Part shown: piece after piece, positions 27,960 through 39,641 of the stretch | How the letters are laid out: each line of letters begins with the position of its first letter | Numbering within the stretch: the stretch's first letter is position 1 | NCBI GenBank assembly: GCA_028534125.1 | Contig: CM052816.1 | Location: 19,842,001-19,906,000, forward strand | Source of the DNA: Lama glama | Taxonomy: Eukaryota | Length of the DNA: 64,000 nucleotides | Reading direction: 5' to 3' | Position numbers and translations under genes: made by a program | Notes under the pieces: generated by a model | Databases searched by the model: none | Told to the model about the DNA's origin: nothing | Seen by the model: only the letters and a program-made list of their open reading frames with translations

Positions 27960-28689
27960 AAATCACCATATTAATAGTTCTGAATAGAAAAATCATATAA
28001 TTATCTTTACAAATATTGACAATGCATTTGATAAAATCAAATGCTTATTCTTGATTAAAAACAAGACATTCAGTAAAATGGCAATCAATGGATATTTCCT
28101 CAAAATGCAAAAATAGGACTTTTTTCCCAGGAGAAAAGGAAAGGTTTCCTTAACAGGGAAATACTAGAGACAGTAATATTTACGATATGTTAAATTTAGT
28201 AACCAATGCAATGTAGACATGAGAAATAAATTAGCAGTAAAAAGAACTGAATAGAAGCATTCTTGAGTACTTTCTAAAGTATCTTCTAGAATTCTTTTAA
28301 GGTTTCCATGCCCATCATTAAAAGAATTGGTAAGGAATGTTCTAGAAGACAATCTTAGTAGGAGGAAGACCAAAAAGAGGAAAAAGGAAAAACGAGTAGA
28401 AAGAAGGAGAAGAGATAATAAATATTTACTGTGTTAAGTCATTAAGTTTTGGAGTAATTTGTTATGCAGTAGTATAAATAATACAGAAGGCAAAATACAG
28501 TCATTTTCTAGCTGAGAAAAAGTAAGCTTGCCACCAGCAGACCTGTACAAAAGGAAATGCTAACAAATTTTTCAGGTAGAAGAAAAATGAAACCAGATGG
28601 GAAGTAAGATGTAAAGAAAGAAGAGCAAATAAAGTGGCAAATACATGTTTATATCTAATGTTTGATCAGATTTTAAAATGTACCACAAC

Positions 28690-31090
28690 AATAAGACCTA
28701 AACAAATGGAGAGATATACCATGTTTATGGATTGGAAGATTCGATATTGTTAAGATGTTAATACTCCCCCAAATGATCTATAGATTCAATATAATCTGAA
28801 TTAAAATCCCAGCAGCTTTGTTTTTCTAAAAATTGAGAAACTATTACTAAAATTCGTATAGAAAAGCAATAGATTAAAACAGCCAAAACAATTTTGTGAA
28901 AGAAAACAGGTGGAGGACTCAAAGGATCCGATTTTAAGATTACTATAAAGCTACAGCAGGCATTGGCAACCTATGGACCATGGGCCAAATTTGGCCTACA
29001 GCCTATTTTTGTTAGGCTCATGACTCTTACATTTTTAAAGGGTTGAAGAAAAGAAACAAACAAAAGTATGCAACAGGAATTATACGTAGCCCACCCTTTA
29101 CAGAAAAAGTTTGCTAATTCCATATCTACAGTAATCAAGACAGTATGGTATTGGTAAAAAGATAGACACATAGATCAATGGAGCAGAAGAAAGTATCCAG
29201 AAATAGATTCACACATATATGGTCAATTAATTTTTGACAAAGGTATTAAAGTAATTGAATGGAAAAAAAGTCCTTTCAAGAAATTGTACTGGACCAATTA
29301 GACAATCACATGCAAAAAAAGAAAAAAAAGTCTCAGCCTATGTTGGGAAATAATTTTCCATGGGTCTCTCATGTATCTGCACATCTTAAGAGTTAGAAAC
29401 TAACTGCCCTTTTGTTTCAGATTGTCTGTTCAAGGATAGCAACCTAGGGATAGGGTCTACCTTCAGAGCAAAGGGTAAGTTTGTTTACTGTCCAGATAAA
29501 AAAGATAATATATTGCTCTGGGGCAAAGGTTGGGCAGGTTTTCTTGGAGTCCTTTATAAAAGACTGATGTTCCCTAAACTTGTGGTTCCTCAGCTGTCAT
29601 ATAAACCCACTGTGTGTCCCTGTTTGTACTTCATCCACTCATGCCCTTCAGCATGGCCCCTGTGGGACTTAGGGGACAAGGGAAACCAATGCGAACATGA
29701 AATTCATGCTGCTTGCTTTATTGTGAGTCATAAAGTTCTTTGTCTCTATCTTAGGATACAAGTATTTTGCCAGAATTCAATGAAACTGTGGCAGGGTAAC
29801 CTATTAGCTTGTAAGTAGGGTAAAATCTTGTATCCTTTGTTGCTCTTGACAACCCATACCTTGCATCATATACAAAAACTAACCTGAAATCAATTACAGA
29901 CCTAAATGTAGAACACATAACTATAAAACTTCCAGAAAGAAACAGAAATTTTTATGTCATTGGGTTAGACAAAGATTTCTTAGATAGGACCAAAAAGTAT
30001 GACTCATGAAAGAAAAAATAAATTGGATTTCATCAAAATTAAAAACTTTTGCTCTTCAGAAAACACTGTTAGGATTTCTAGAGCAGTAAAACTATTCTGT
30101 ATATTCGTATAATGGTGGATACATGTCATTACGCATTTGTCAGAACCCATAGAATGTACCACACCAAGTATGAACTCTAATGTAAACTGTGGACTTTGGA
30201 TGATAATGATGTGTCAGTGTAACAAATGGACTCTCTGGTGAGAGATGCTGATAGTGCAGGAGGCTGTGTGTGGTGGGGGTAGGGGAAGATGGGGTATATG
30301 GAAACTCTCTGTACTTTTCATTCAATTTTGCTGTAAACCTAACACTGCTCTAAAAAATAGTCCATTTTTTCCCAAAGGGCAAGGGATCTGAACAGACATT
30401 TCTCCAAAGAAGTTATACAAATGGCTAATGAGTATATGAAAGATACTCAACATCATTAGTCCTTACGGAAATACAAAACAAAACCACAATGTGATACAGC
30501 CTTGTACCCACTAAGATGGCTATAATGAAAAAAGGAAAACAATAGTGTTGAGCAGGATGTAGAGAAACTGTAACTGTCAAACACTGCTGGTGGGAATGTA
30601 GAATAGTGCTGATCCTGTGGAAAACAATGTCAGTTCCTCAAAAAGTTAAATATAGATGTGGCAATACACTATATATCCAAGAAAATTGGAAATATATGTC
30701 CACACAAAAACTTGTACATGACTGTTCACAGCAGCATTATTCTTAACAGACAAGATGTATAAACAACCCAAATGTCTAGCAACTGATGAATGGATAAATG
30801 GATAAAATGAGGTATATCCATACAATGGAAAGTTATTCAATCATAAAAAGGAATGAAGTACTAACATATGCTACAACATAGATGAATCTTGAAAACATCA
30901 CATAAGTGAAAAAGCTAGTCACAAAAAAATCACATATTGTATGATTCCATTTATGTTAAACGTCCAGAATAGGAAATCCACAGAGATAAAAGTAGATTAG
31001 TTGTTGCTAGGGGCTGGAGGGAATAGGGAGCAATTGCTAATGGGTATGGGGTTTCTTTTCGGGATGATGAAAATGTTCTATATTTAATTT
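28690..31090 (+). mobile_element. L1MB-like ORF2 3' part and 3' UTR, interrupted by a MER58-like element (~28955-29122), an LTR (29341-29851) and an L1MC1-like piece (~30070-30365)
   Basis: Typical L1 ORF2 remnants (tggagagatataccatgtttatggattggaaga; gatctgaacagacatttctccaaagaag) and an L1MB-type 3' UTR ending ggatgatgaaaatgttct. Confidence 0.8.
29341..29851 (+). mobile_element. Solo LTR, ERVL-class (MER76/MER77-like; subfamily uncertain)
   Basis: TG...CA ends (tgttgggaaataattttccatgggtctctc ... ctcttgaca), TATA-like tttataaaag, cataaa signal; interrupts colinear L1 sequence. Confidence 0.7.
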
Positions 31091-31276
31091 GTGTACTCCA
31101 CTCAAAGAAAATCTGAATTATAAAAATGAGTTAGAAACAATAAACTGGGCAGTAACTGGACTTGTCACAGAGGCCTGTAAAATGTTAATATTAACTAACA
31201 TTTTTAGACTACTTTACATTCTGAAAGTATAATGTTAACAATATCATATTATTTTAAAAAGACCACTTATTTGTGT

Positions 31277-31424
31277 TTTAAAATTATTTTTTACTTCTTT
31301 TTATTTGGGGGGGAGGTAATTAAGTTTATTTATTCATTTATTTTTAAGGGAGGTACTGGGGATTGAACCTAGGGCTTCATGCATGCTGGGCATGTGCCCT
31401 ACCACTGAGCTATACTCTCTCCCC
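31277..31424 (-). mobile_element. tRNA-derived SINE (vic-1 type)
   Basis: gaggtactggggattgaacc...ctaccactgagctatac; TSD tatttgtgt at 31268-31276 and 31425-31433. Confidence 0.88.
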
Positions 31425-32979
31425 TATTTGTGTACTTTTAAGTTCTTATAACCTGCATGTGTGTTTGAATATGTTTATATGTAGGTATACATGTTTACCT
31501 GTCTCATCATTATCAAAGATGATGCTAAATGAGCTAGTTTCTGGATGACCTCTTAGCTTTTTCACACCTCAGGGGCCAAGTTAGCTGTGTAGCTGCAGCT
31601 GTTGGTCACAAAGCCCAGGTTCCTATTTCTGAGTCAGCCTCTTCACCATACAATCAAATGACCAAGAATTTGGTTCCAAAAGCCCTCATCAATGTTTTTC
31701 AAAGTTCAGTCAGCTGCAGGTGCAATCAATTACCTGGAGCCTTGACTCAACATCCAGTGATGAGTCTGAAAATCTGCTATTTTAACAAGCCCCTCAGGAG
31801 ATGTGATCTGCAGTCAATTTCGGGAGCCCCAGCTCTGGGTAACTTTTCCTCACTAATGTGGAGAAACTGAGTCCTGTGCACATTCTCCCTGCTCACCAGG
31901 GTGAGAGTAGCATGCCTCCCTATTGTTAACCATAATGGGATGTCACTGAGCCTGGTGCTGGTTCTGCAGGCACAGTCTACTCATAAAACTGCCTTGTATT
32001 TCCATTCTGTTTGGAGTTTCTTCTGCTGCGGGCCCTGATGTCCCGTCAGAAGCTGCAGAAACAGTAGACAACATATAGGTGGCTCTGCCCCTGGGTTCCA
32101 CTCACAATTTAGGACCTATACTGGAGCCCTGGATCCTGGTTTCTGGGCTGAACTTTGGATTCAACCTTATACTGACGGGGGATGATGGGGAAGCCTACTA
32201 TGTCAGTAATTTCTCAGGACTGACTGATGGAGGCTCAAGTGGTTTCCCCGTTACCATACTTGAATGGGATGGGAAACTCACCTCTGATAAGGAAGCTCTT
32301 CTGTCTCTCAGTGGGTTTACCTGCCCCTAGAACAGACAGCAGAGTCAGGCCAACTCACCTGCTCATCTCCTCTGGAAACATCCATTTTGGCTCCTCGCAG
32401 TGTCTTTTGGAAACACAGGTATCATAAATTCTTCAGTGCCTCCTCATTCCTTCCAGGATCTAAACCACAACCCCTTCCGTGACCTACTGTCCTTGCTGAT
32501 CTTTGCGGGTCATCTCCTCCACTGTCCTCACTGCAGGATTTGTCGTACAAATGTTGCAGCTCTCTCACCAGGCCAAGCTCTCTTGTGACGGCCTACTCCT
32601 CTTTACTAGTTAACTCCTGTTCACCCCTCAGCTCTCCAGCATTATTTCCCTGACCCTCAAGTCTGGATCAGGCCTTTTGCTTATTCATACTCCCAGCACT
32701 CTGGGCCACTCCTCCTTAAAATTTGTCAACGCTGAAAATTTTCCCTTGAGCAATTAGTATTCACTAGTATCTATCCCCCTCAGTAGGCGGTAAAGTTCAT
32801 TAGAGCAGCGCTCTCAATTTGCTCTCATTGCATCCCCAGCACCTAGCAAAGGGTTCTCGCAGATATTTAGTTGGTTGGATGACTGGCCCCAGGAAGGCGG
32901 GTCACAACCTGGGTGGAACCTCTGGGAATGAATCAAAAATAGTCCCCAAGAAGCTACACATAAAACTCCTCAGAACTGA

Positions 32980-33710
32980 GAGCACCCGTCTGCGGGCCCA
33001 GTGCCCGGGGAATTCCCAAGGCAAGGACACAACACAGTCCCAGCAGGCATCCAGCTGCTGAATGGGAGAGGGCCGCCCTGACTCTCTGCTTGGCAGCCTC
33101 AGTTTCCCTACCGGTCCCCTGCGGGGTCGACAGAGAACGATCCCTGCGGCCGGCGGGTACACCCACGCCAGGGGGCCTGGGCTGCAGAAGTCTGAGGGGC
33201 CAGGCCCGGCCAGGCCGCCGCGCCCGGCGAGGGCGCTCCAGGCAGGTCTTCCCGAGCAGTCGCGCGCCACGGGGGCCCCTCTAGCTGCGAGGAGGTGGCG
33301 CAGTGCTTGTCGGGAAGGCGGCGGGCAGATCCGGCCCTCGGTGGCGGAGGGCGCCATGGTGGGTGGGGAGGCGGCCGCCGCGGTGGAGGAGCTGGTTTCG
33401 GGAGTGCGGCAGGCGACCGATTTTGCGGAGCAGTTCCGCTCTTACTCGGAGAGCGAGAAGCAATGGAAGGCTCGCATGGAATTCATCCTGCGCCACCTGC
33501 CCGACTACCGCGACCCGCCCGACGGTGGCGGCCGCCTGGACCAGCTGCTGTCCCTCTCCATGGTCTGGGCCAACCACCTCTTTCTGGGTTGCAGGTGCGG
33601 ACCCCTGCCGGCTGGCTCGCCCTGTCCCGATCCGCAGTCCTACCCCAGGGCTGATCCCGCTCCCCTCACCTCACCCTCAAACCGCACTAGCTAGGCCTAC
33701 AGCCGATCCC
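32980..33710. promoter_or_regulatory. CpG island / promoter of CDKN2AIPNL
   Basis: Abrupt rise in GC and CpG density around exon 1 in an otherwise CpG-depleted background. Confidence 0.88.
33356..33594 (+). CDS. CDKN2AIPNL: CDKN2A-interacting protein N-terminal-like, coding exon 1 (239 nt)
   Basis: Strong Kozak gcgccATGg at 33356; translates MVGGEAAAAVEELVSGVRQATDFAEQFRSYSESEKQWKARMEFILRHLPDYRDPPDGGGRLDQLLSLSMVWANHLFLGC, recognised as CDKN2AIPNL (XTBD domain); donor AG|GTGCGG at 33594/33595; lies in a CpG island. Confidence 0.97.
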
Positions 33711-34901
33711 ACCTTAGCTAGCCTCTTGGAAAGATACTTAACCTCTGTGAACCTGTTTCCTCGTTTGGAAAATGAGTTGTGATGACTACTGTATTAAAGG
33801 GTGAAAAGCACTTAGCACAGGCTGTCATCTAGCAAGAGCTCAATACATTCTGGACGTTCAAGTTGCCATTGATGTTTGTATTCTTAGTACTTCAGTCACC
33901 TTCGGTGATTGCATTTTAAATTCATTAGCTCCTTTCTTCCACATGGCAAATGTGCAGAGACAGAAACTGAGATCCCCAATTTACGTAAGAAGCTGAGAGG
34001 GAGGAAGAGAGATACCTAGGGCCTTGCAGCTTCTGGCAGGATTGGTGGATTTTAGCACTTATGGCAGGATGTAATTTGTGGCCTTTGGCTTTTTCTCACT
34101 TGTCTGCTGGACCCTGAACAAGAGCCAGCCTTTGCCTCTCTGCCTTTCATCTTATGAAAATAATAGATGCCTTCAAGGGACTGCTTTTGAAATGCCTGAT
34201 AAAGCACCCTCTCTGCCCCTCCTTGAAGAAGGTGGCAAGTCTTGAGGATGCTACATCTTTTTTTTTTTTTTAAGCGTTTCCTGAAGTTGTGTTAAGATAG
34301 TAAGATAACTTGGCTTAGTCCTGGTTTCTGTGCTCCTTATGACTCTCTGACTCTGGTCATATGGCCCCTCCAGCCCTAAGCTATTTGGTTTTGCTTTCAG
34401 ATTTTAGAAGTTATTAGAGCAGAATCTGGTGAAGCAGTGCCAGTCACATCCCTCCCTTTTCCCTGCCTTTGGATACCTCTAGGAAATCCTGCTTAACAGG
34501 ATCCAAGATTAGGCAAATGTCAGAACATTGGACAAATGAACAAATAATGTTATTTTTATTAGACCAATATTACATGTGTTCAAAAAAGTGAAAACATTTT
34601 GGCCCTCATACCATATCCATGAATATGGACTGCCAGATGTACAGTGCCTCTATTTCATAAGTCTTGTTTGTTTTGTAAATCTTAAAACACCTGCTCTATT
34701 GGCATTCCTAGTGCCACTTCTGTATCCACATGCAGAAGAACTATTTTCTAACTTGATGCTGAATGTCTATTGGTTTCCCCTGTAGTATCAGATCGTTCCT
34801 CTGAGAGTTGAGTTTATAGTCCAGGTACCTGCAATTTCTTTTTAGCCCACAGTGACAATAATTCTTCTAAGGTTTTTATCTTGTTACTTTTTATTGTACA
34901 G

Positions 34902-35001
34902 TTACAACAAAGACCTTTTAGACAAGGTGATGGAAATGGCTGATGGAATTGAAGTGGAAGACCTGCCACAGTTTACTACCAGAAGTGAATTAATGAAAAA
35001 G
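34902..35001 (+). CDS. CDKN2AIPNL: CDKN2AIPNL coding exon 2 (100 nt)
   Basis: Acceptor ttttattgtacag|T, donor AAG|gtaaag; continues in frame (S)YNKDLLDKVMEMADGIEVEDLPQFTTRSELMKK. Confidence 0.97.
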
Positions 35002-36472
35002 GTAAAGAGGATTTCCAAGTGCATTTGAAATGGTGTAGAGCTAACGGCCTTCATGATGATGTATTAGAGTATATTGTTTTTGAATGCTCGTTAACTACCT
35101 CAAAGATATAAGCCCTTTCGTTTTTATTTCTCTGTACTTGGTATAAACCTTTTCATAACTAGATAACAGCTCAGTATGATAAATTATGCATTGTTTGCAG
35201 AGTAACACATAAACTCAGTCTCTTCAGTTCCTCTACGAACATTTGAGCTTTTTGCTTGTTTTTTAAAGCAAATGTTGGGTATAGTGCTATAGTTTCCTAC
35301 TTGTTAAAAAAAAATCTTCTTGATAACAACTCATCCTTACCCTGGTGGGTGAGGACCCCACCAGTCTTGTTTGGCCCCTCTGACTTGCTGATGGCAATGT
35401 ACATGGAGTAATGTCCACACTTCATAGCTGTTCCCTATTCTGCAGGGCTTTGTCTGATCTGAGGCTGTGGACTTCTTACATAGTGAGCTGTTACCTGGAG
35501 AGCCTTAGATCTGGATCCTGGGGCTGGGGCCATGGAGAGTGTGGCAGAAGGAAGCTCAGAAGATGGGGCTAGGCATCCCAGCTGCTTTTCAGAGTTTCCC
35601 AAGACATGTTTTTTTCTCATTTGCCCTCAGGTAGTTAATTCCTTAAGCATTAATTCCTCATCTCCCAAAGTTTATTTTTTAGCACTTTACCCAGGCCTTT
35701 TTTTAGAGTAGTTTTAAGCTTCTTGAGAGAAGAGATGGTGCTTAAAATATTAGTCTTTCTAATTCCAAAATCTAACATATGCAGTACTCCAGAGAAGGTG
35801 CTCAGAAAAGGCTTACGGAATTGACCAAAGCAATAGAGTAAAAGGCTGCTGGCCGCTCTTTCAGTTTTATCCTCAGAAACATAGGTAAGCCCTTGCTTCA
35901 CCCTAGTTGGGTCTTGTTCTGGGAGGCAGGGCATATGAAGAGTTTCCCTTCTTTGTAGGTATGAGGAACTAATCAAACCCTCAGCTGCCCAGAAAATACT
36001 TCAGCGCCAGACAGCACACCTCATTTGATTTCAGATAGTTTCCCTAAAAAAGCATTCTTTATTTTTTAATTGAAACTGGAATCAAAAGTTTCAAGTCCAT
36101 TTTGAAGGGGCTGTTTTGTTTTTAAAATCAGCTGTTAACAGGGGGCTACCATTTTTAGCCAGGGAGCCATTATGAATGGGGAGTTTGTGACTTTTTGGAT
36201 TCTCTCACATAATATTTTTAAGTCTGTGAAGTCCTACGGTATCAGAGTGGTTCCTGGGGCCCAGGCAGAGGGCAGCTAGATAATTGCTGGCTGCCTGATT
36301 GCACCCCATGGGGCAGGGACAGGTAGGGAATAGGGTGGGCCCTTACTTCCTAACTGCTTATGACCAATTCTTTCCTTGACTTTTTGCTCCTGAGAGGTAT
36401 TCTGCCCTGCCTAAGATCTGCTTTTCACATAAATTTTCTGTTATACTTCTCTTTCCAGGCATGCTAGGATAT

Positions 36473-36774
36473 TAGAGATCAGAACATTTCATGATATTTG
36501 GGCTGCTGACTCTGAGAGAGACTAAGGAGGTTTTGTAATAAATATGCATGTCCCTAACATTATCCATAGACCAATGTGAAAAACTGTGTGTGTTGTGGGG
36601 AAGAGCCACTAAACTGTTAAACATAGAGATCAGAACATTTCATGATATTTGGGCTGCTGACTCTGAGAGAGACTTAGGAGGTTTTGTAATAAATATGCAT
36701 GTCCCTAACATTATCCATAGACCAATGTGAAAAACTGTGTGTGTTGTGGGGAAGAGCCACTAAACTGTTAAACA
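36473..36774. repeat. Tandem duplication, 2 x 151 bp, one mismatch
   Basis: 36473-36623 and 36624-36774 are identical except A36524 vs T36675. Confidence 0.95.
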
Positions 36775-39349
36775 TTGTAAAGGAGTCTTGAACCTTAAAA
36801 ATGTAGGGAGATGGAATGTTCATTTTTGACACAGTCCTTGCACACTGTCAGCCTCCAGAGAAGAATCCTCAGACATAACTTGGCATCCCTAAAACCAGCT
36901 CTGCCATCAGACTAATCATTGGCACCAGCTACCTGGAAGAAGCCTACAGGGAGCCTGTATTTCTTTAGGTGTTTTGGATTGCATGTGTTTGAACTTCCTT
37001 CAAATAAAACTTATGTTTTCTTAGTAACCAAGTTTAATTTTAGACTGTTGATGCCACTGAAAGTGAAACTAAGTTGATCCTGAAAAGTGAGATACTTAGA
37101 GAATGTGGAGTTTTGCCAGTTGTTAAGATTCTTTTAGATAAGCCTGTCTGTTCTGAGAACGAGTCTTCTGATTTGTGTGCCTTGACAGTTGTATTGTGTT
37201 GAAGGCTGTCCCCTCTCAATTGAAGGCCACCCTAAGAGTCCACTGGAGAGAGAACCCTGGAGACTTTGGAGCAGTTCTTTTGTCTCTTGCCTGAGGTTTT
37301 TGAATGTAGTAGAGGCTGGCAAACATTCAGCAGCCTTGCCAGCCCAGAGACAGACAGACAAACAAACACCTACCATGATGTTGAGCCAATGCACCTAAAA
37401 CCATGTGTTGTATTTCTGCCCAGAATTGATCCTTAACTCCAAAATTAGAGTTTTAGTTGGGTTTTGAAGGTAGCTAGCTAGGTGGCAAGTGGAAATGAAT
37501 TGCTTAGCATTATTAGTATCTCCAGATGGGACCATGAAGATAACTTAGGGATATAAGTTCTTTAAAGTAAGATTTTAAAAACACTTTATGGCTTTTCTGC
37601 ATTTGTGAGACAAGTACATTTCTGTGCTCTGTCCAACTCTGTTTTTTTGGTCTGAGAAAAGAAATGAGCATTGATCTCTGAGAGATGGTATTTGTCAAAC
37701 AGTTGCAGCATATGATTTTTCTTTTGAAAGGGGGATTCAAAGACAAATATATTGAACAATCTCAATTATCTAACAGTCATCCTGAGGCACCTACTTGCAG
37801 ACTTTTTGACTAACCAGGTTTACCCATTAATGAGCAATAATTAACAAAGAGCAGCAGCTCACTCAGGAATAGTGTTATTATTAAGACTGCTTAATAATAA
37901 GACTGTCAGAGTTAATATTTTCAAGGCACTGTCTTGAGAAAAAAGAAGAGTGATTGACTAAGAAGCTATCATTACTGCCTCAAAGAAAGAATTTGTCAAC
38001 TCAATTACTTGGTCCATTTTTCTTGAGAACATTTTTATCCAAGAGGGAAAGTGGCAGTATGGAAAGTGACTAAATATGAAATGTGAAAGAGAGGTTAGAA
38101 AAACAAGTGTATCTACATTTCAAGAGGTTCGTTTTTATGCATTATATCCCATCTTGGCAAGCTCTAAAGTAATGGAGCAGCCACTCCATTGGTGGAAGGA
38201 GATGTAATTCTAAAATGGCAAGTATTTGGGAGTATTTAAAAAAAAATTTTTTTTTAGCCTGATTAGTTAAATCTGGTTTTGTCTTGCATCTGGAGATAAG
38301 TGTTCCATGGAGCTACTTTTCTTTTCCCCTTTATCCATTAGAAATAGAAGCAGCCAGAATAGCTCTGTCTGACCCCACAGGCCAGTCTGTTGCCTGGTGC
38401 TCAGGATGAGTGAATCACCTGCCAACACCTTGTGTCAAAGACCATACTTGGAGCAGCTGAAGCCGGTGGCAGCTGTTGTGCTGCTATAGTCTTGGTCTAT
38501 ACTATTGGAAATTTGAGAGATGGCTTAGGGGATTCTCTTTCCTTTGAACTAAAGGTGGTTTCTTTAGGTGACACTGCATTCTCTTCAAAGGAGAAAGACC
38601 TCTTATATTTTGCTTTTGCTGAGGAATTTTGCTTCTTCATTTCTCAAAGACTAGAGTGACAGGCTTAGCTAGGAAATAGGTCATCTCTTGAAAACTCTGA
38701 TTACTAAAAAGACTCTCAGATTGATTCACTTGCACTGTTAAATGTTAAGGAAATCCATTCAAATACAAGGTGACAGCCAAAATGATTTCTTCACACCCTG
38801 CTTAAAAGTTATCTAAAGCCAAGTTTAAATTTATCAAAGGTGCTAGAGAGTACCCAGAAAGAATATATCTGCTTCATTTCACCACTATTTGAAGACATGC
38901 ATTTACAGTTTCTAACAGTGTGAAATCCAGAAATGCGTAACCTTCACAATCTCCTGAATGTCCTGACTCAATGTAAAATGTTATGAATTACTCCCTGGAT
39001 TCAACTGATTTTAATTTAGAACAATAAGTGTTTGTGTGATTCTGTTTTTAGAACCATTCATTACAGAGCATGCCTCGGAAAAAATTACTTTTAAAGTATT
39101 TCTGTTATCATTTTAAATTGTGAACATTTATAGATTAAAGGTGACAAGACAAAAAAATTAAGAGTATGGCTTTCAAGTGGATTGTATGGTCAGTGTTTTG
39201 CTGAGTTTTCTGTATGTAGTAAAATATCAATAATTTCTGAGTCTACTTACCATCTGGGTAGTACATAAATATTGCATCACTGCTATACTTCAGTTTATGA
39301 ATTTGATTCATTACAATACATGGCTACTAACTTATTCTTTTTTTTCTAG

Positions 39350-39361
39350 CATCAAAGCTAA
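39350..39361 (+). CDS. CDKN2AIPNL: CDKN2AIPNL coding exon 3 (HQS-stop), start of the terminal exon
   Basis: Branch point TACTAAC 39325-39331, polypyrimidine tract, ctag|CAT CAA AGC TAA; total CDS 239+100+12=351 nt = 116 aa plus stop. Confidence 0.93.
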   Translation, partial: HQS

Positions 39362-39635
39362 GGGCAGAAGATTCATCCCATTTTCCTCACCAGTCACAGC
39401 TTGGAAAGGAGGCTAGGATTAATGTGACACTGACCGCAGCAGCTCTCTTAAGACTCTTGGTATCATCATATAGCAAAGAGGCAACTGGAATGAAAGGGAA
39501 TCTTGTCTAGGTGGCATTTTAAAAGTTCTCAATCTTCTAATAGCTATCACTGTAAAAGTATGCATGGATGGATATTTATGTATTTATAAATCATGCCCTC
39601 TTTTTTATTTTCAGTTTTTGAATGTTGGTCAGAAT

Positions 39636-39641
39636 ATTAAA
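39636..39641 (+). terminator. Candidate CDKN2AIPNL polyadenylation signal (ATTAAA)
   Basis: ATTAAA about 275 nt after the stop codon, followed by a U/GU-rich tract (tttttttttgtttgtttgtttg) as expected of a downstream element. Confidence 0.55.

Larger units (their letters stand above)
21350..28690 (+). mobile_element. Fragmented ancient L1M scaffold hosting many younger insertions
   Basis: ORF1 C-terminal motif FYPAKLIFK near 21960; ORF2-like remnants (gaaaattcatagccttaaac; atcaatgcaaaaaccctaaataaaattttggcaaacagaatcca; gcatttgataaaatc); strong A-rich plus strand. Confidence 0.7.

Noticed and set aside
33062..33355. 98-codon in-frame N-terminal extension of CDKN2AIPNL (ORF 33062-33694)
   Set aside because: Stop-poor CpG-island sequence; the upstream ATG has T at -3, overlaps a MIR-like motif (gcctcagtttccc) and probably lies before the TSS, while 33356 has an ideal Kozak context and matches the known N-terminus.
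32902..33782. Overlapping alternative-frame and antisense ORFs over the CDKN2AIPNL CpG island
   Set aside because: Low-complexity G/R/P/A translations expected from GC-rich DNA; no recognisable domain.
36473..36774. CRISPR-like or regulatory repeat array
   Set aside because: Only two contiguous copies with no spacers, in a mammalian intron.
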